Below, piece by piece: positions 54,322 to 64,000 of a stretch of DNA of 64,000 nt; position 1 is the stretch's first letter; every line of letters starts with the position of its first letter. Location: positions 4,737 through 68,736 of IMG/VR virus record IMGVR_UViG_3300014885_000003. The stretch is one strand, 5' to 3'. Both the position numbers and the translations under genes were made by a program. The notes beneath the pieces were generated by a model. That model was not told the origin of the DNA, made no database searches, and saw only the letters and a list, made by a program, of their open reading frames with translations. Source of the stretch: a virus.

Positions 54322-56729
54322 CTCTCTACGTCGTCCTGCTCAACGGGGATTTCATCGGCGTTCGGCGTACGCATGACGAGGCCCTCGGGATCGCCCTTCG
54401 TCGACAGCACGGAGGCGGATGGCTTCAGCTTCCCATTGCTGATCAGTGGCAGCGAGGCGATGATACGATGATCATTCAGACGATCCCGTCTATTCCGGAG
54501 ATGCGAACGATCGGAGACAAAAGGGGCTGGTGATGAGCCTCTGGTGCCTGATCGCACATCGGTACGCATGGATTGCGTCTTTGGTGTTTCCTCCTGAGCG
54601 TGGGGTCGTCTATTGTGTGATCTGCCATCGGCACTGGCGGTACCCGATGAGAGGCCCGAAGTGATCGGTGGTACATGGACGACGATCTATCAGAGCGACA
54701 TGGCGATTGTGCGATACAAGGTGCATGAGGGGAGCATCTGTCTCCAGACGGTCCCGATCGGTCAGCCGATTGCGACGATGCAGGTCATGCTGGGCAAGGA
54801 CGAACTGGATATGATGCAAGCGTCGCTGGCCAAGGAGGAATCAGGATGACGGCGGAGGAGCTGGCCAAGAAGATCGTCGATGCTGCGAAGCAGTACGCAG
54901 CGAACCCAGACAAAGGCTTACCGATCTGGGCAGCATGGGAGTTCGCCATCGCTGAAGGCATCAAGAACGTTGTTCAAGCTCGTGCAGACCTGATCTGGAA
55001 AGAAGTTGTCGAGGTCACAGCTCGTGAAGGGAACACCAAACTCAGCTCGTTCTTCGCAGCTCGGTCAACAGAGCTATGACTCCGCATGATGCGCGGCTTC
55101 TGGCTAAGGCTGAACAACTCGCTCAGGACTTCCCCGGATGCAGCTTCGCACGCGCTCACCGAGGCCGACGGAATCACGTCTCTCCTCTGCTTCCGGTATA
55201 CCCAGCGTTCGAGAAGCGCATGGCACGATGCGGCAAGGTGATCATGTCGAACTGGTCGCGGCTCCCGAGGTTCGGCGAGAACGGCCCATGGCGGATCTGT
55301 TCTGGCTGCAAGGAGAAGTCATGAAGCCGTTACAGACCGAGCACCGGATAGGACAGACGGAACTGCCGCCGAAACAGATCGAGCTGTGCCCTCGCTGTCG
55401 AGGAGGCTTGGTCTATCGGCCTCAGCCGGACGTGGTGTACTGCTATCGATGTGGAGGCATCGAACCAGGTGACGTCGGGATCATCTATCTTCCTTCTTGT
55501 ATCGCTCCTCGGAAGTTCGGACATCGGGTCTTGACGGTCTGGACATGTCCTGCTGGACATGAGTTCCTGGGGCCTGCACTAGCGCCAAGGAAGAGGCTGA
55601 ACTGTACGGCCTACGTGCCTGAAACCGACAGCCTGTGTGAGATTCCTTGCCCTGGCAAGTCACCTCGAAAGACGTTCGTGGAGGTCTTAGATGACGACAG
55701 AGATCGGACACGGATGCCGAAAGGAAGGACCTCACGGGCCGTGCGGGCCGATTCACGATCCGGTAAGCGGCGAAGCCCTCGACGTCGGTGAATGCGCGTG
55801 TGGATGTTCAGCGTTCGAGGACTACTGTCAGGTCTACCTGGACTGGTACGCCAGACAGATACACGTGCTACATGCTGGATCGTATGAGGCATGTACGATC
55901 AGTCCGTGCCGTGAGACGCGAAGCGTAGAGACGGAGATCGATCAGAACATGCGCCGGTCGATGGAGGGCTAATGCAATGTCCAAAGTGCGGAAGCCAAGT
56001 CGTCCTGGACGTGGAGTACGACGAGGACCACGACCTCCTGCAAGACGTGACCGTCCAGTGCCTGACGGAGGGGTGTGGGGCGGTGCTTTCCCTGGACGAA
56101 CGTTGTCTTCAGAGCAACGACGAGTCGCCAATGTAGAGCGGTGGCTCGATCAGAACAGCGCCTTCAGGATGGAAAGCGATCGGCGATATAACGAGATGGG
56201 CCGAGGCGGGGGCGGAGTACCAGGAGGAGGCCGACAGTTCTCAGGCTTCAATTCCGACACAGAATGATCACGCGCATCTTCGTCTTGCCGGGGAATCTCA
56301 AGGCGAACCGGAAGCCTGGAAAGAAGCCGTACCCACAGCTCCCGGTCTTTGAAGTTGAACCTGACGGAGGCCAAGCGGTTCCCGCGCATGGCGTCGTCAT
56401 TCACGGACCGTCAAGGATGATCTATGATCCTGCCAAGCCCCGATACTCTGCCTGGGTCGAAACCGAGGCCATCGTTGAACTCATACATCACGCTGACGAC
56501 AGAACGCGACAAGATCAGAGCAGCGCTGACCAGCGCGGATCAGACGGCCGATCAGATCAGCAAGGCGGTAAATGTTCCGAAGGCACGAGTGAGTCGGCTG
56601 CTGAGGGATCTTCAGTGCCGTGACGAGGCGGACTTTACGCCACCTCTACGCCGGGACTATCCCGGCACTTGGCGCTCGCGTCGACCGAAAGGCTAGCGTA
56701 GGATAGTCGTCAGATGGAGGCTGACGACG

Positions 56730-58292
56730 ATGGCTCGCACGCGAGCGCTGAATGAGATCTCAAACTTGCTGGGGGATATCGACCTCGACACACTGCTAGC
56801 CTCATGCTCGCTCAGACAGTACTCCGCGCTAGCATGGAAGATCGTCGAACCCGAGACACTCTTCGTTCCCAACTGGCACATCGATGCCATCTCCGATCAT
56901 CTGGAAGCCGTGACCAGAGGACAGATCCGTGACCTGATCATCACCATCGCGCCTCGTCATGCGAAGTCGCTGACGGTCTCGGTCTTCTGGCCGACCTGGG
57001 GATGGATCGGCAAGCCTTCTATCAAGTGGCTATACGCCGCATACGCCCAGACGCTCTCAACGCGTGACTCAGTGAAGTCTCGTCACTTGATCCAGTCGCC
57101 GTGGTACCAGGTCAGATGGGGCGACGTCTTCGAAATGGTCGGCGACCAGAACGAGAAGACCAGGTACGAGAACGATAAGACCGGCTATCGCCTCGCGACG
57201 TCAGTTGGCGGGTCGAACACAGGCGAAGGCGGCGACGTCATTGTTGTTGACGATCCGATTAACCTCCAGGAAGCGCACTCGGAGAATGCACGCAAGGAAG
57301 TCTGTCGGTGGTGGGATGAGGTCATGTCCTCTCGGCGGAACGATCCGAAGAAGTCAGCGCGTGTGATCATCATGCAACGATGTCACGAGGCGGATCTTGT
57401 TGGCCACCTGGAAGCGAAGAATGCGGGGTATGAACGTCTCAATCTGCCGACCGAGTACAAGCCTTCCCGCATTGTGCTACCTTCGAAGATCGGATGGGTT
57501 GATCCACGGAAGCTGGACGGTGAGCTGCTCTGGCCCGCACGATTCGGACCGACTGAAATCGCTCAGGCCAAGGTCGACCTGGGGAGCTACGCGTTTGCCA
57601 GTCAGCATCAGCAAGACCCAGCTCCGGACGAAGGCGGAATCCTGAAGCGGATGTGGTGGCGCTACTACAAGGCGCTGCCGGACCTGTCGACGGCGAACGA
57701 GATCATCTTCTCTCTGGACTGCGCGTTCAAGGATCTGAGTGACTCTGATTACGTAGCCGGAGGCGTTTGGGCTCGGTGGGGCGCTTCGTGCTATCTGGTC
57801 GATCAGGTTCGGGATCGCATGAACTTCCCGACGACGCTGATGGCCGTGCGCGGGATCGTCGCGAAGTGGCCTATGATCCGGGAGAAGCTGGTCGAGGACA
57901 AGGCCAACGGGTCCGCGGTTGTTGCGACATTGGAGCATGAGATCCCCGGTATGATTCCGGTCAATCCCGAAGGCGGGAAAATCGCGCGAGCCTACGCTGT
58001 GTCCTTCATGGTTGAAGCCGGCAACGTCTACTTGCCAGATCCGACGATCGCGCCGTGGATAGAAGACTTCGTGCGTGAGTGCGCGGTCTTTCCGGCTGGC
58101 GCGAATGACGATCAGGTGGACCAATGTACTCAGGCCCTCCGTCGCTTCCATGAGTCGCTGTCGAAGCCTCCGAGCGGAGGCGGAGTCCTGTCCGCAGTCC
58201 AGCGAACAGAACGGGTGAAACTGTCGACATCGAACACGATGCGACGCGACCCGCGATATGACCACGCGGGAAGTGGAGGACGCTATGACTGA
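56730..58292 (+). CDS. terL: Terminase large subunit
   Basis: NWHID, IAPRHAKS, GEGGD.IVVDDP, IMQR.HE.D, QQDP, SLDCAFK..SDY, EDKANG, DDQVD. Confidence 0.95.
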   Translation: MARTRALNEISNLLGDIDLDTLLASCSLRQYSALAWKIVEPETLFVPNWHIDAISDHLEAVTRGQIRDLIITIAPRHAKSLTVSVFWPTWGWIGKPSIKWLYAAYAQTLSTRDSVKSRHLIQSPWYQVRWGDVFEMVGDQNEKTRYENDKTGYRLATSVGGSNTGEGGDVIVVDDPINLQEAHSENARKEVCRWWDEVMSSRRNDPKKSARVIIMQRCHEADLVGHLEAKNAGYERLNLPTEYKPSRIVLPSKIGWVDPRKLDGELLWPARFGPTEIAQAKVDLGSYAFASQHQQDPAPDEGGILKRMWWRYYKALPDLSTANEIIFSLDCAFKDLSDSDYVAGGVWARWGASCYLVDQVRDRMNFPTTLMAVRGIVAKWPMIREKLVEDKANGSAVVATLEHEIPGMIPVNPEGGKIARAYAVSFMVEAGNVYLPDPTIAPWIEDFVRECAVFPAGANDDQVDQCTQALRRFHESLSKPPSGGGVLSAVQRTERVKLSTSNTMRRDPRYDHAGSGGRYD

Positions 58293-59308
58293 TACGACGA
58301 CGTACGAGATCCAAGCCGGATGCTGGTCGAAGTCAGGACCGGTGGAACGTGAAAGGAAGACAAGACGTGCGCCTCACCGCCGATGAAGCTGAGGAGATCC
58401 TGGTAGCGCTGGCCCATCGAAGCAAGCAGATCGGGATGGGGGATGGCCAGGCAATCAAGATCATTGACCTGGGACAGCGACTGTCCAGGAAGTTCGAAGA
58501 CGAGTACAGATGGCAGACTGGCGTCTTCGAACGGCATTACGAGCAGCCAATCCGAATCCGGACAGTGAGACAATGACGAGACTCGAACTCATTCGAATCC
58601 GGACCCAACGAGGTGGTCCTGTCTCTGGGTCATTCTTGCTGGAAGTCATCGACGCGCTGGCATCCGCACTCAAGGGAGTCGCACTGAACGGCAGCGACGA
58701 GATGCCGCTGTGGTCCTGGTGTGACGAAGGCTGGACGTGCGAACACCCGGAGTGCATTGCTGGCCGCGCGGCGATTCAGAAGTTGGAGATCAGGGAGGAG
58801 CTGAGCATCGATGTCATCCCTTCTTGATCTCGCACGATCAGACGGCGAACGCGCTGAACGTCAGTACAAGAGCGGCAGCGGCACGGACCAGGCCGAAGCA
58901 GAGTACTACCGACTGCGACGTCTGTTCTGGATCGCGCTACACGAAGGCCAGACGTTCGACGCCGCATTCAAGGCGTTGGATGACGCCTGGCGTTCGTACA
59001 CTGCCAGGAACAATGACCGTGTGAACGTCGCGCCGAAGATCAAGCGAGGTCCTTGTGCCGGTCAGAGCGTGATTGCTCATCGATATGTGTCGCCTGACAA
59101 GGCAAAGTCGAATGTCCCATACCTCCGTGCGATGACGTCGTGATTGTGCTTGCCATCTGGCTGTTGATCGCGCCCGGTTCCGGATGGTCCTGGATCATCA
59201 TCGACTTCGCCGAGTCGAAGGCGCATTGTGAAACGAAACGATCCGAACGACTGGACAGAGGCAATCTGCTATGTGTGAAGAGCGATCGATCCTGAGCGAT
59301 AATGTCCC

Positions 59309-59705
59309 TATGGGACCGTCACAGACTCTCGCGCTCCTGTACCGGCGCCGCGTCGTCGTCAGACGTTATGGCCAGTCGCTTCGGGTCAGGAACTGGAACG
59401 GGCGCTCGCTGTCCAAGCAGACCCTCGAACTTGTCCGCGCCAACAAGCCGGAGATACTTCGTTTGCTAGTGTTCGTGGCAGCCTATCGAGGGCATCTGCA
59501 AAGGATGTTCAGGAGAGCCGTTCGCGGGTGCGATCAATCCGAAGTCCAAACGTTCCTGGACAGGCAGGCGCTTCTGGTGGACAACCTCGGTCCGGAGCTA
59601 GCACGCCAGGTCTTCCTTGACGCTGGCCGTGCGTATCGCGTGCGGACGGCCATATGCCCGTGGTGTACGGAGGATGGAGGAACATGCCTCGAACCAAAAG
59701 AGTGA
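59309..59705 (+). CDS. Protein with TubC-N docking-like domain
   Basis: G.SLRV...L...LE.VRANKPEILRLL. Confidence 0.45.
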
Positions 59706-59929
59706 TCTTTCGTGTGGCTCGGTATCACGCCTCGACATGGCCGAGACTGATGTGGCAGCTTCGCTGGCCAGGTAGGAGCGAGCTGTTCGAGACGAAGTAC
59801 CGCGCGGTTAAGGCGGGCCGTATGGAAGCATGGCTCAATAAGCCTTCGCAGCTGGTCGTTCACGGTAAGGATGGCCGGATTCAGTTCGAACACACATACG
59901 GCGCTGATCCTCGGAGAACCAAGGGATGA
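59683..59929 (+). CDS. DUF2188 family protein
   Basis: QLVVHGKDGRIQ..HTYG.DP...KG. Confidence 0.75.
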
Positions 59930-60407
59930 AGTTCCAGTCGGTCGACATCTTCGAACTGGTGACGGACGATGACTACGCGATCGTCGCCCAACTCAAGGAT
60001 ATGAGAGTCATGTGTGTCAGCGGAAACGCGGACGCCCACGATCGTGACGGGAAAGTCGTCGCTCGTATCGAAGGATCATGGGAGGAGGCCGAAGCAGTAA
60101 CGATCGGTGACGACCACATCAAGATTCAAGGGCACCTGGTGACACATCGCCTAACCAAGAACGGATTCGGCTACTGGGTTTGTCGGCCATGACTGGCACC
60201 GAAGCGCTCGCACGACTGATTCAGATCGCACAGCAGAACTCCCGTGACCCGGAAGACATCGAAGCCATTCAGATCATGCAGGAGTTCGTCGATGCGGAGG
60301 ACGAGATCTTAGATGAATACGAAGCCTGAGGAGCCGAAGATCGGATGGGCGCTGGTCATCGCGTTGGTGGCGATAGCAGTGAGTCTGATCGCCTTCTTCG
60401 CTGGCCG

Positions 60408-60641
60408 ATGAAGCTGTGTAGCCGATGTGGCGTGGAGTTCTCCTACGCGTCGAGTGATCATCTTTGTCTCTGCTGTGAGTCCAAGGCATTACCGGATCGT
60501 TCGTGGTCAGACGAGAACCGGATTATGTGTGACTTCTTCCATCGTCGGAAGCCTCTGCCTCGATTCAAAGATGATGACGGTCCTACTCCTCCTGATTATC
60601 AACGACGACTGAACGCCGTCCCAAGATCCCGCGTGATATAA
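60408..60641 (+). CDS. Small Cys/His protein (paralog A)
   Basis: CSRC..CLCC..WSDENRIMCDFFHR. Confidence 0.6.
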   Translation: MKLCSRCGVEFSYASSDHLCLCCESKALPDRSWSDENRIMCDFFHRRKPLPRFKDDDGPTPPDYQRRLNAVPRSRVI

Positions 60642-60682
60642 CAGATCATCAGGTGCCGATCTAGCGGCCTGATGTGGTGCCG

Positions 60683-60749
60683 GAGCCGGCGCCGCGGAGT
60701 ACGGCGGTGGCCACCTGTCAGACTGGGCCTCTGAACCCAGTCTGACAGG
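60683..60749 (+). ncRNA. Unnamed two-hairpin motif, copy 1
   Basis: 33 nt identical to 62825-62857, followed by a 14-bp stem with an 8-nt loop. Confidence 0.55.
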
Positions 60750-61150
60750 AAAATACCAAACTGCATCCCACAACGGATCACGGGGAAGTAGACGTTGAGA
60801 AAGGACCTGTGGATGTTGCGCTGCAATCGATATCATCAGCTCACGAAGGGAACGACCGCGTATGACAGCGCGTGCGAGTGCGCGGGCTTAATCGAACGTG
60901 TCTATCGGGAAGTCTTCGTTCCTGGTCAGATCATCGACATCAAGGCATGATCCAGCGCCTATGGTGGGCGTTGGTCATTCGGCCGATAAAGCGCCGGCGC
61001 TGGCGGAAGGTCATGAAACGTCTCGACTGGTCGGTTGAAGCGGTGGTCAAGGATCAGCTTGACGCGGCGAAGGGTGTGATCCGGAGCGTTGCGCTCGGCG
61101 TTCTGGTGTGGGCGATCATCATCGCGGCAATCATCTTCGGGTGACGACAT

Positions 61151-61225
61151 CGGGGCGTGGGCCAACGGCTGGCCACCTGGTTTGGGACCAGGGTTACGCG
61201 GGTTCAACTCCTGCCGCCCCGACCA
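61151..61225 (+). tRNA. tRNA-Pro(UGG)
   Basis: Acceptor CGGGGCG/CGCCCCG-A-CCA, anticodon arm CCTGG-TT-TGG-GA-CCAGG, GGTTCAAC T-loop. Confidence 0.92.
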
Positions 61226-62667
61226 TTTCTTTCAACGAAAGGCGGGTCTTTTTTGATGGCTAGAGACGTTCTGTTCTTCACGAAGCATGGGCCAGGTATG
61301 AAGACCATAGGCGGACCGCTGCCTTCTGTATTCATGATCGAAGTTCTGGAACGTTCGTTTCCTGCTGTCAGATTGGAGCGGTATACCCATCCAAGCGTGA
61401 GAACGTTCAGGAAGTTTCGACTAACGACGTACAAGTGGATTGGAGAAGCCTTTGATACACCGGAGCTGATGCAGAAGTTCGGATCGACCGTGGACGCTCC
61501 GATGCCTCATGGAGTGGTGATGTTGGTTGCTCCGGTTTACGTGGAGGACGAGCCGGCATGTCGTACGCTGATATAAAGATCGAGATCGATGAAGACAGAC
61601 TTCGGGAACTGGTCGTCGAGTACCTGTCAGGCATTCTGAACGTCGACCTCAAGCCGGAGGACGTCGTGATCGAAGTCAAATCTGTCAGGGACCGAGGAGA
61701 CGGAACATCATCGATCTGGCAGACGGCCAACTTCCGCGCTCGCGTCGCACGTAGGATCGACTGATGAACATAGAACTGCCGACCGTTGCTAGGATCGAAG
61801 ACGCGCTGATGACGTATCAGATTGACCAGGAACTTCGCGCAGCGCTGACACGATTGGTCGTCAAGATCGTGGCCGAAGAGACCGAGTCGTTTCGATACTT
61901 CATGGGAGCGGCGATCATCTCGAACGGAGGTAAGATAGTCATTCATGACCACGCGCTGGTGGATGTTCAGCGCGATGATGTGATCATCGAAGATGTCGAT
62001 CATGAGCTCCGGCGCCGAGTGTACAGAATGAAGCCTCATGCTTCCTCCCCTCTGTGACCGATGTGGCGCTCCAATGGAGGACCGGCAGTGTAAGCTGGTA
62101 TGTCGGCGCTGTGGATTCCGGCGGGACTGAACTGACCCATAGGTCCGTCCAGGAGGGCGGCATTGCCACGACGAACAGGAAAGCGTGATGCGCGGAAGGC
62201 TCGGTTACAAGAGAAGACAGCTCATCTCAGACCTACGAAGCCGAAACAAATCTGCTTCAAGTGTGAGAGGAAGTGCAGCGGATCATCGTTCTGTTACGGA
62301 TGCAAGTCATACATCTGTGACGACTGTGATAAGAACATGTGCCTGATGGGCGATCACAACCGAACCGATCATCTGATCAACCCGGAGGAAGACGAGTCAT
62401 AAACATCCTGAAGACGTTCGAACCCGAACCGAAACCACGCTACCCAAGGAGACGAACCATGAAGATCCTGAGCACGCTCGCTGCGATGTTCGGTATCAGT
62501 CGTGCGGAGGAGCGGAAGACGGTCACGTTGGCGTTCGCTGAGAAGCTGAGGCGTGAGCCGGTCAAGCCGCGCAACGTGACTGCCAAGGGCAATGGCCGGA
62601 GCGCTCTTCGACGCAGGAAGACCAGGATCGCCATGGCCAAGGCGAGCCGGGTCAGGAACCGCGCCGC

Positions 62668-62826
62668 GTGATCGAAACGGCTCGGTTCGCTCCCGGCATT
62701 CGTTTCCGGTGTCTCGGATGTCACGAGACGATCTTCGGTAACGTCTACGTGGACCTGGCCGGCCCGGCGTTCCGCGCCTACTATCACTTGGACTGCATCC
62801 TGCCTGAACACGATCGGCCGACATGA
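62668..62826 (+). CDS. 52-aa Zn-binding peptide (not in ORF track)
   Basis: GTGA coupling; CLGC...HLDC; stop overlaps motif copy 2. Confidence 0.5.
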   Translation: MIETARFAPGIRFRCLGCHETIFGNVYVDLAGPAFRAYYHLDCILPEHDRPT

Positions 62827-62898
62827 GCCGGCGCCGCGGAGTACGGCGGTGGCCACCCTGGTGGTTCCCAAAGGACCGGGGGCCATCAGGGCCTTTTT
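62825..62898 (+). ncRNA. Unnamed two-hairpin motif, copy 2 (terminator-like end)
   Basis: Same 33 nt, 14-bp stem of different sequence with an 8-nt loop, then CCTTTTT. Confidence 0.55.
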
Positions 62899-62901
62899 AG
62901 C

Positions 62902-63111
62902 GTGAGCCTCTGTACTGCCTGTGGAATCGAGCGGGACGACGGCGCACAGCTCTGCCCGCAGCACGAGCGAGAGGCACTTGACAAGTGGTCAGATGGCAAT
63001 CGGATTCTCTGCAACTGGCTACATAGAGGCAAGTTGCCAGACCCAAATTACCCAGTTCCTACTGACGACTGGAAGCCGGAAGTCTTGCAACCTACGGAGG
63101 ACGCGACATGA
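62902..63111 (+). CDS. Small Cys/His protein (paralog B)
   Basis: CTAC..CPQH..WSDGNRILCNWLHR, similar to 60408-60641. Confidence 0.6.
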   Translation: MSLCTACGIERDDGAQLCPQHEREALDKWSDGNRILCNWLHRGKLPDPNYPVPTDDWKPEVLQPTEDAT

Positions 63112-63259
63112 AGGCCCGAGAACAGTTCTTGATCCGACGGCCTCTCAATCTGACACGTGATCATCCTGATCATCAAAGCGTCTTCGGTGTCATGTACTGT
63201 CCGATCTGCTGGCCGAAGTTCCTGGAACATACCCGGCGACTGGAGAAAAGAGGCAATCC

Positions 63260-63646
63260 ATGAAGGTCTACATCGCTGGCCCGTACACCATCGGCGACGT
63301 CGCGCAGAACGTCCGGAACGCGGTTGAAGCCGGAGATCAAGTGCTGAAGCTGGGGCACACTCCGTTCATTCCGCACATGACGCACTTCTGGCACTTGCTG
63401 TTTCCAGGACCGTACGAGCAGTGGATGCAGTGGGGTCTATCCTGGCTGGAGGCCTGTGACGCGCTGATCCGGTTGCCTGGTCAGTCGTCCGGTGCTGATC
63501 GAGAAGTCGCTGCCGCGAAGACGATCGGCATGGCAGTCTTCGATGGTGTGAAGGACTTCGCAGACTTCTCTCTCCGCTATGATCCAGCCCGCGGGATCGC
63601 CAGGTCTCGCGCCAAGATCATTGGTTGCATACACTACGATCACTGA
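63260..63646 (+). CDS. DUF4406/nucleoside 2-deoxyribosyltransferase-like protein
   Basis: KVYIAGPY, GHTPFIPH, CDALIRLPG.SSGA.RE. Confidence 0.8.
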   Translation: MKVYIAGPYTIGDVAQNVRNAVEAGDQVLKLGHTPFIPHMTHFWHLLFPGPYEQWMQWGLSWLEACDALIRLPGQSSGADREVAAAKTIGMAVFDGVKDFADFSLRYDPARGIARSRAKIIGCIHYDH

Positions 63647-64000
63647 TTCTGTTACCATGAGGCCATGGTCGCCGACGAGTGCGGGGAGGAAATTCTAGCC
63701 GCGAGTGGGATGTCGGGATCGATCCGGATCTGGGTCGATGGCGCCCGTTGGCGCGCGTCTGTTCTCTTCAAGTCATCGGACTCGGATCAAACCTTCGCCC
63801 TTCATGGCAACGACTCCAGCGAGGATGTACTGACGGCCATTACCAACGCTCTTCGATCCGCCAATGCCAAGTTACGACGCGTTCGTGAATCCGAACAGCG
63901 CCGACTCGCGAGATCAGTTCTGTCGAAAGACAGTGTGCAAGGTCTTCAGGAGACTCCAGTCTCGACGTTGCAGAGCGGTCAGGATCAGGTAGTGTGATCG

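Noticed and set aside
60683-60715. 16S rRNA fragment or HDV ribozyme on the minus strand
   Set aside because: Only a short GGAGTACGGC or CGCCGGC similarity; the rest of either structure is absent
62058-62160. Second tRNA
   Set aside because: Some hairpins, but no T-loop (GTTC) or cloverleaf with CCA
1-64000. Alternative genetic code, DGR or retron, integrase
   Set aside because: Genes are full length in the standard code with all three stops used; no reverse transcriptase, template/variable repeat pair or recombinase seen in this window

Overview
A ~60% GC segment of a tailed dsDNA bacteriophage genome. Essentially all credible genes lie on the + strand, and no integrase, capsid or portal gene is recognisable in the window. 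Gene order: tail/baseplate genes (1-7.7 kb); lysis-like membrane cassette with a DUF5675 protein (8-10.3 kb); replication block with SF2 helicase, HTH initiator, DnaC-like loader, DnaB and primase (10.6-16.2 kb); AT-rich control region with IHF-consensus sites and a structured leader RNA; early-type cluster of small ORFs (16.6-22 kb); Ycf46-like AAA+/DUF1257/DUF2997/DUF3150 module; sigma-like/histone-like gene; beta clamp; split family-A polymerase with ThyX; gp32-like SSB; intein-containing DNA methylase; RecA; HNH; Mre11/Rad50; dCTP deaminase; many small ORFs; TerS; TerL; tRNA-Pro. The standout is seven circularly permuted twister-like self-cleaving ribozymes (16554-20474), supported by compensatory changes in P1, P4 and both pseudoknots. 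Six sit directly after a stop codon and all precede a Shine-Dalgarno, so they would cut the early transcript into 0.5-0.8 kb cassettes. Other notable items: an AAA+ ATPase whose Walker B block precedes Walker A, a second unnamed RNA motif in two copies, a C-terminal peptide shared by two unrelated proteins, and an HNH insertion that duplicated the start of its target gene. All family assignments come from manual motif recognition; no database search was run.
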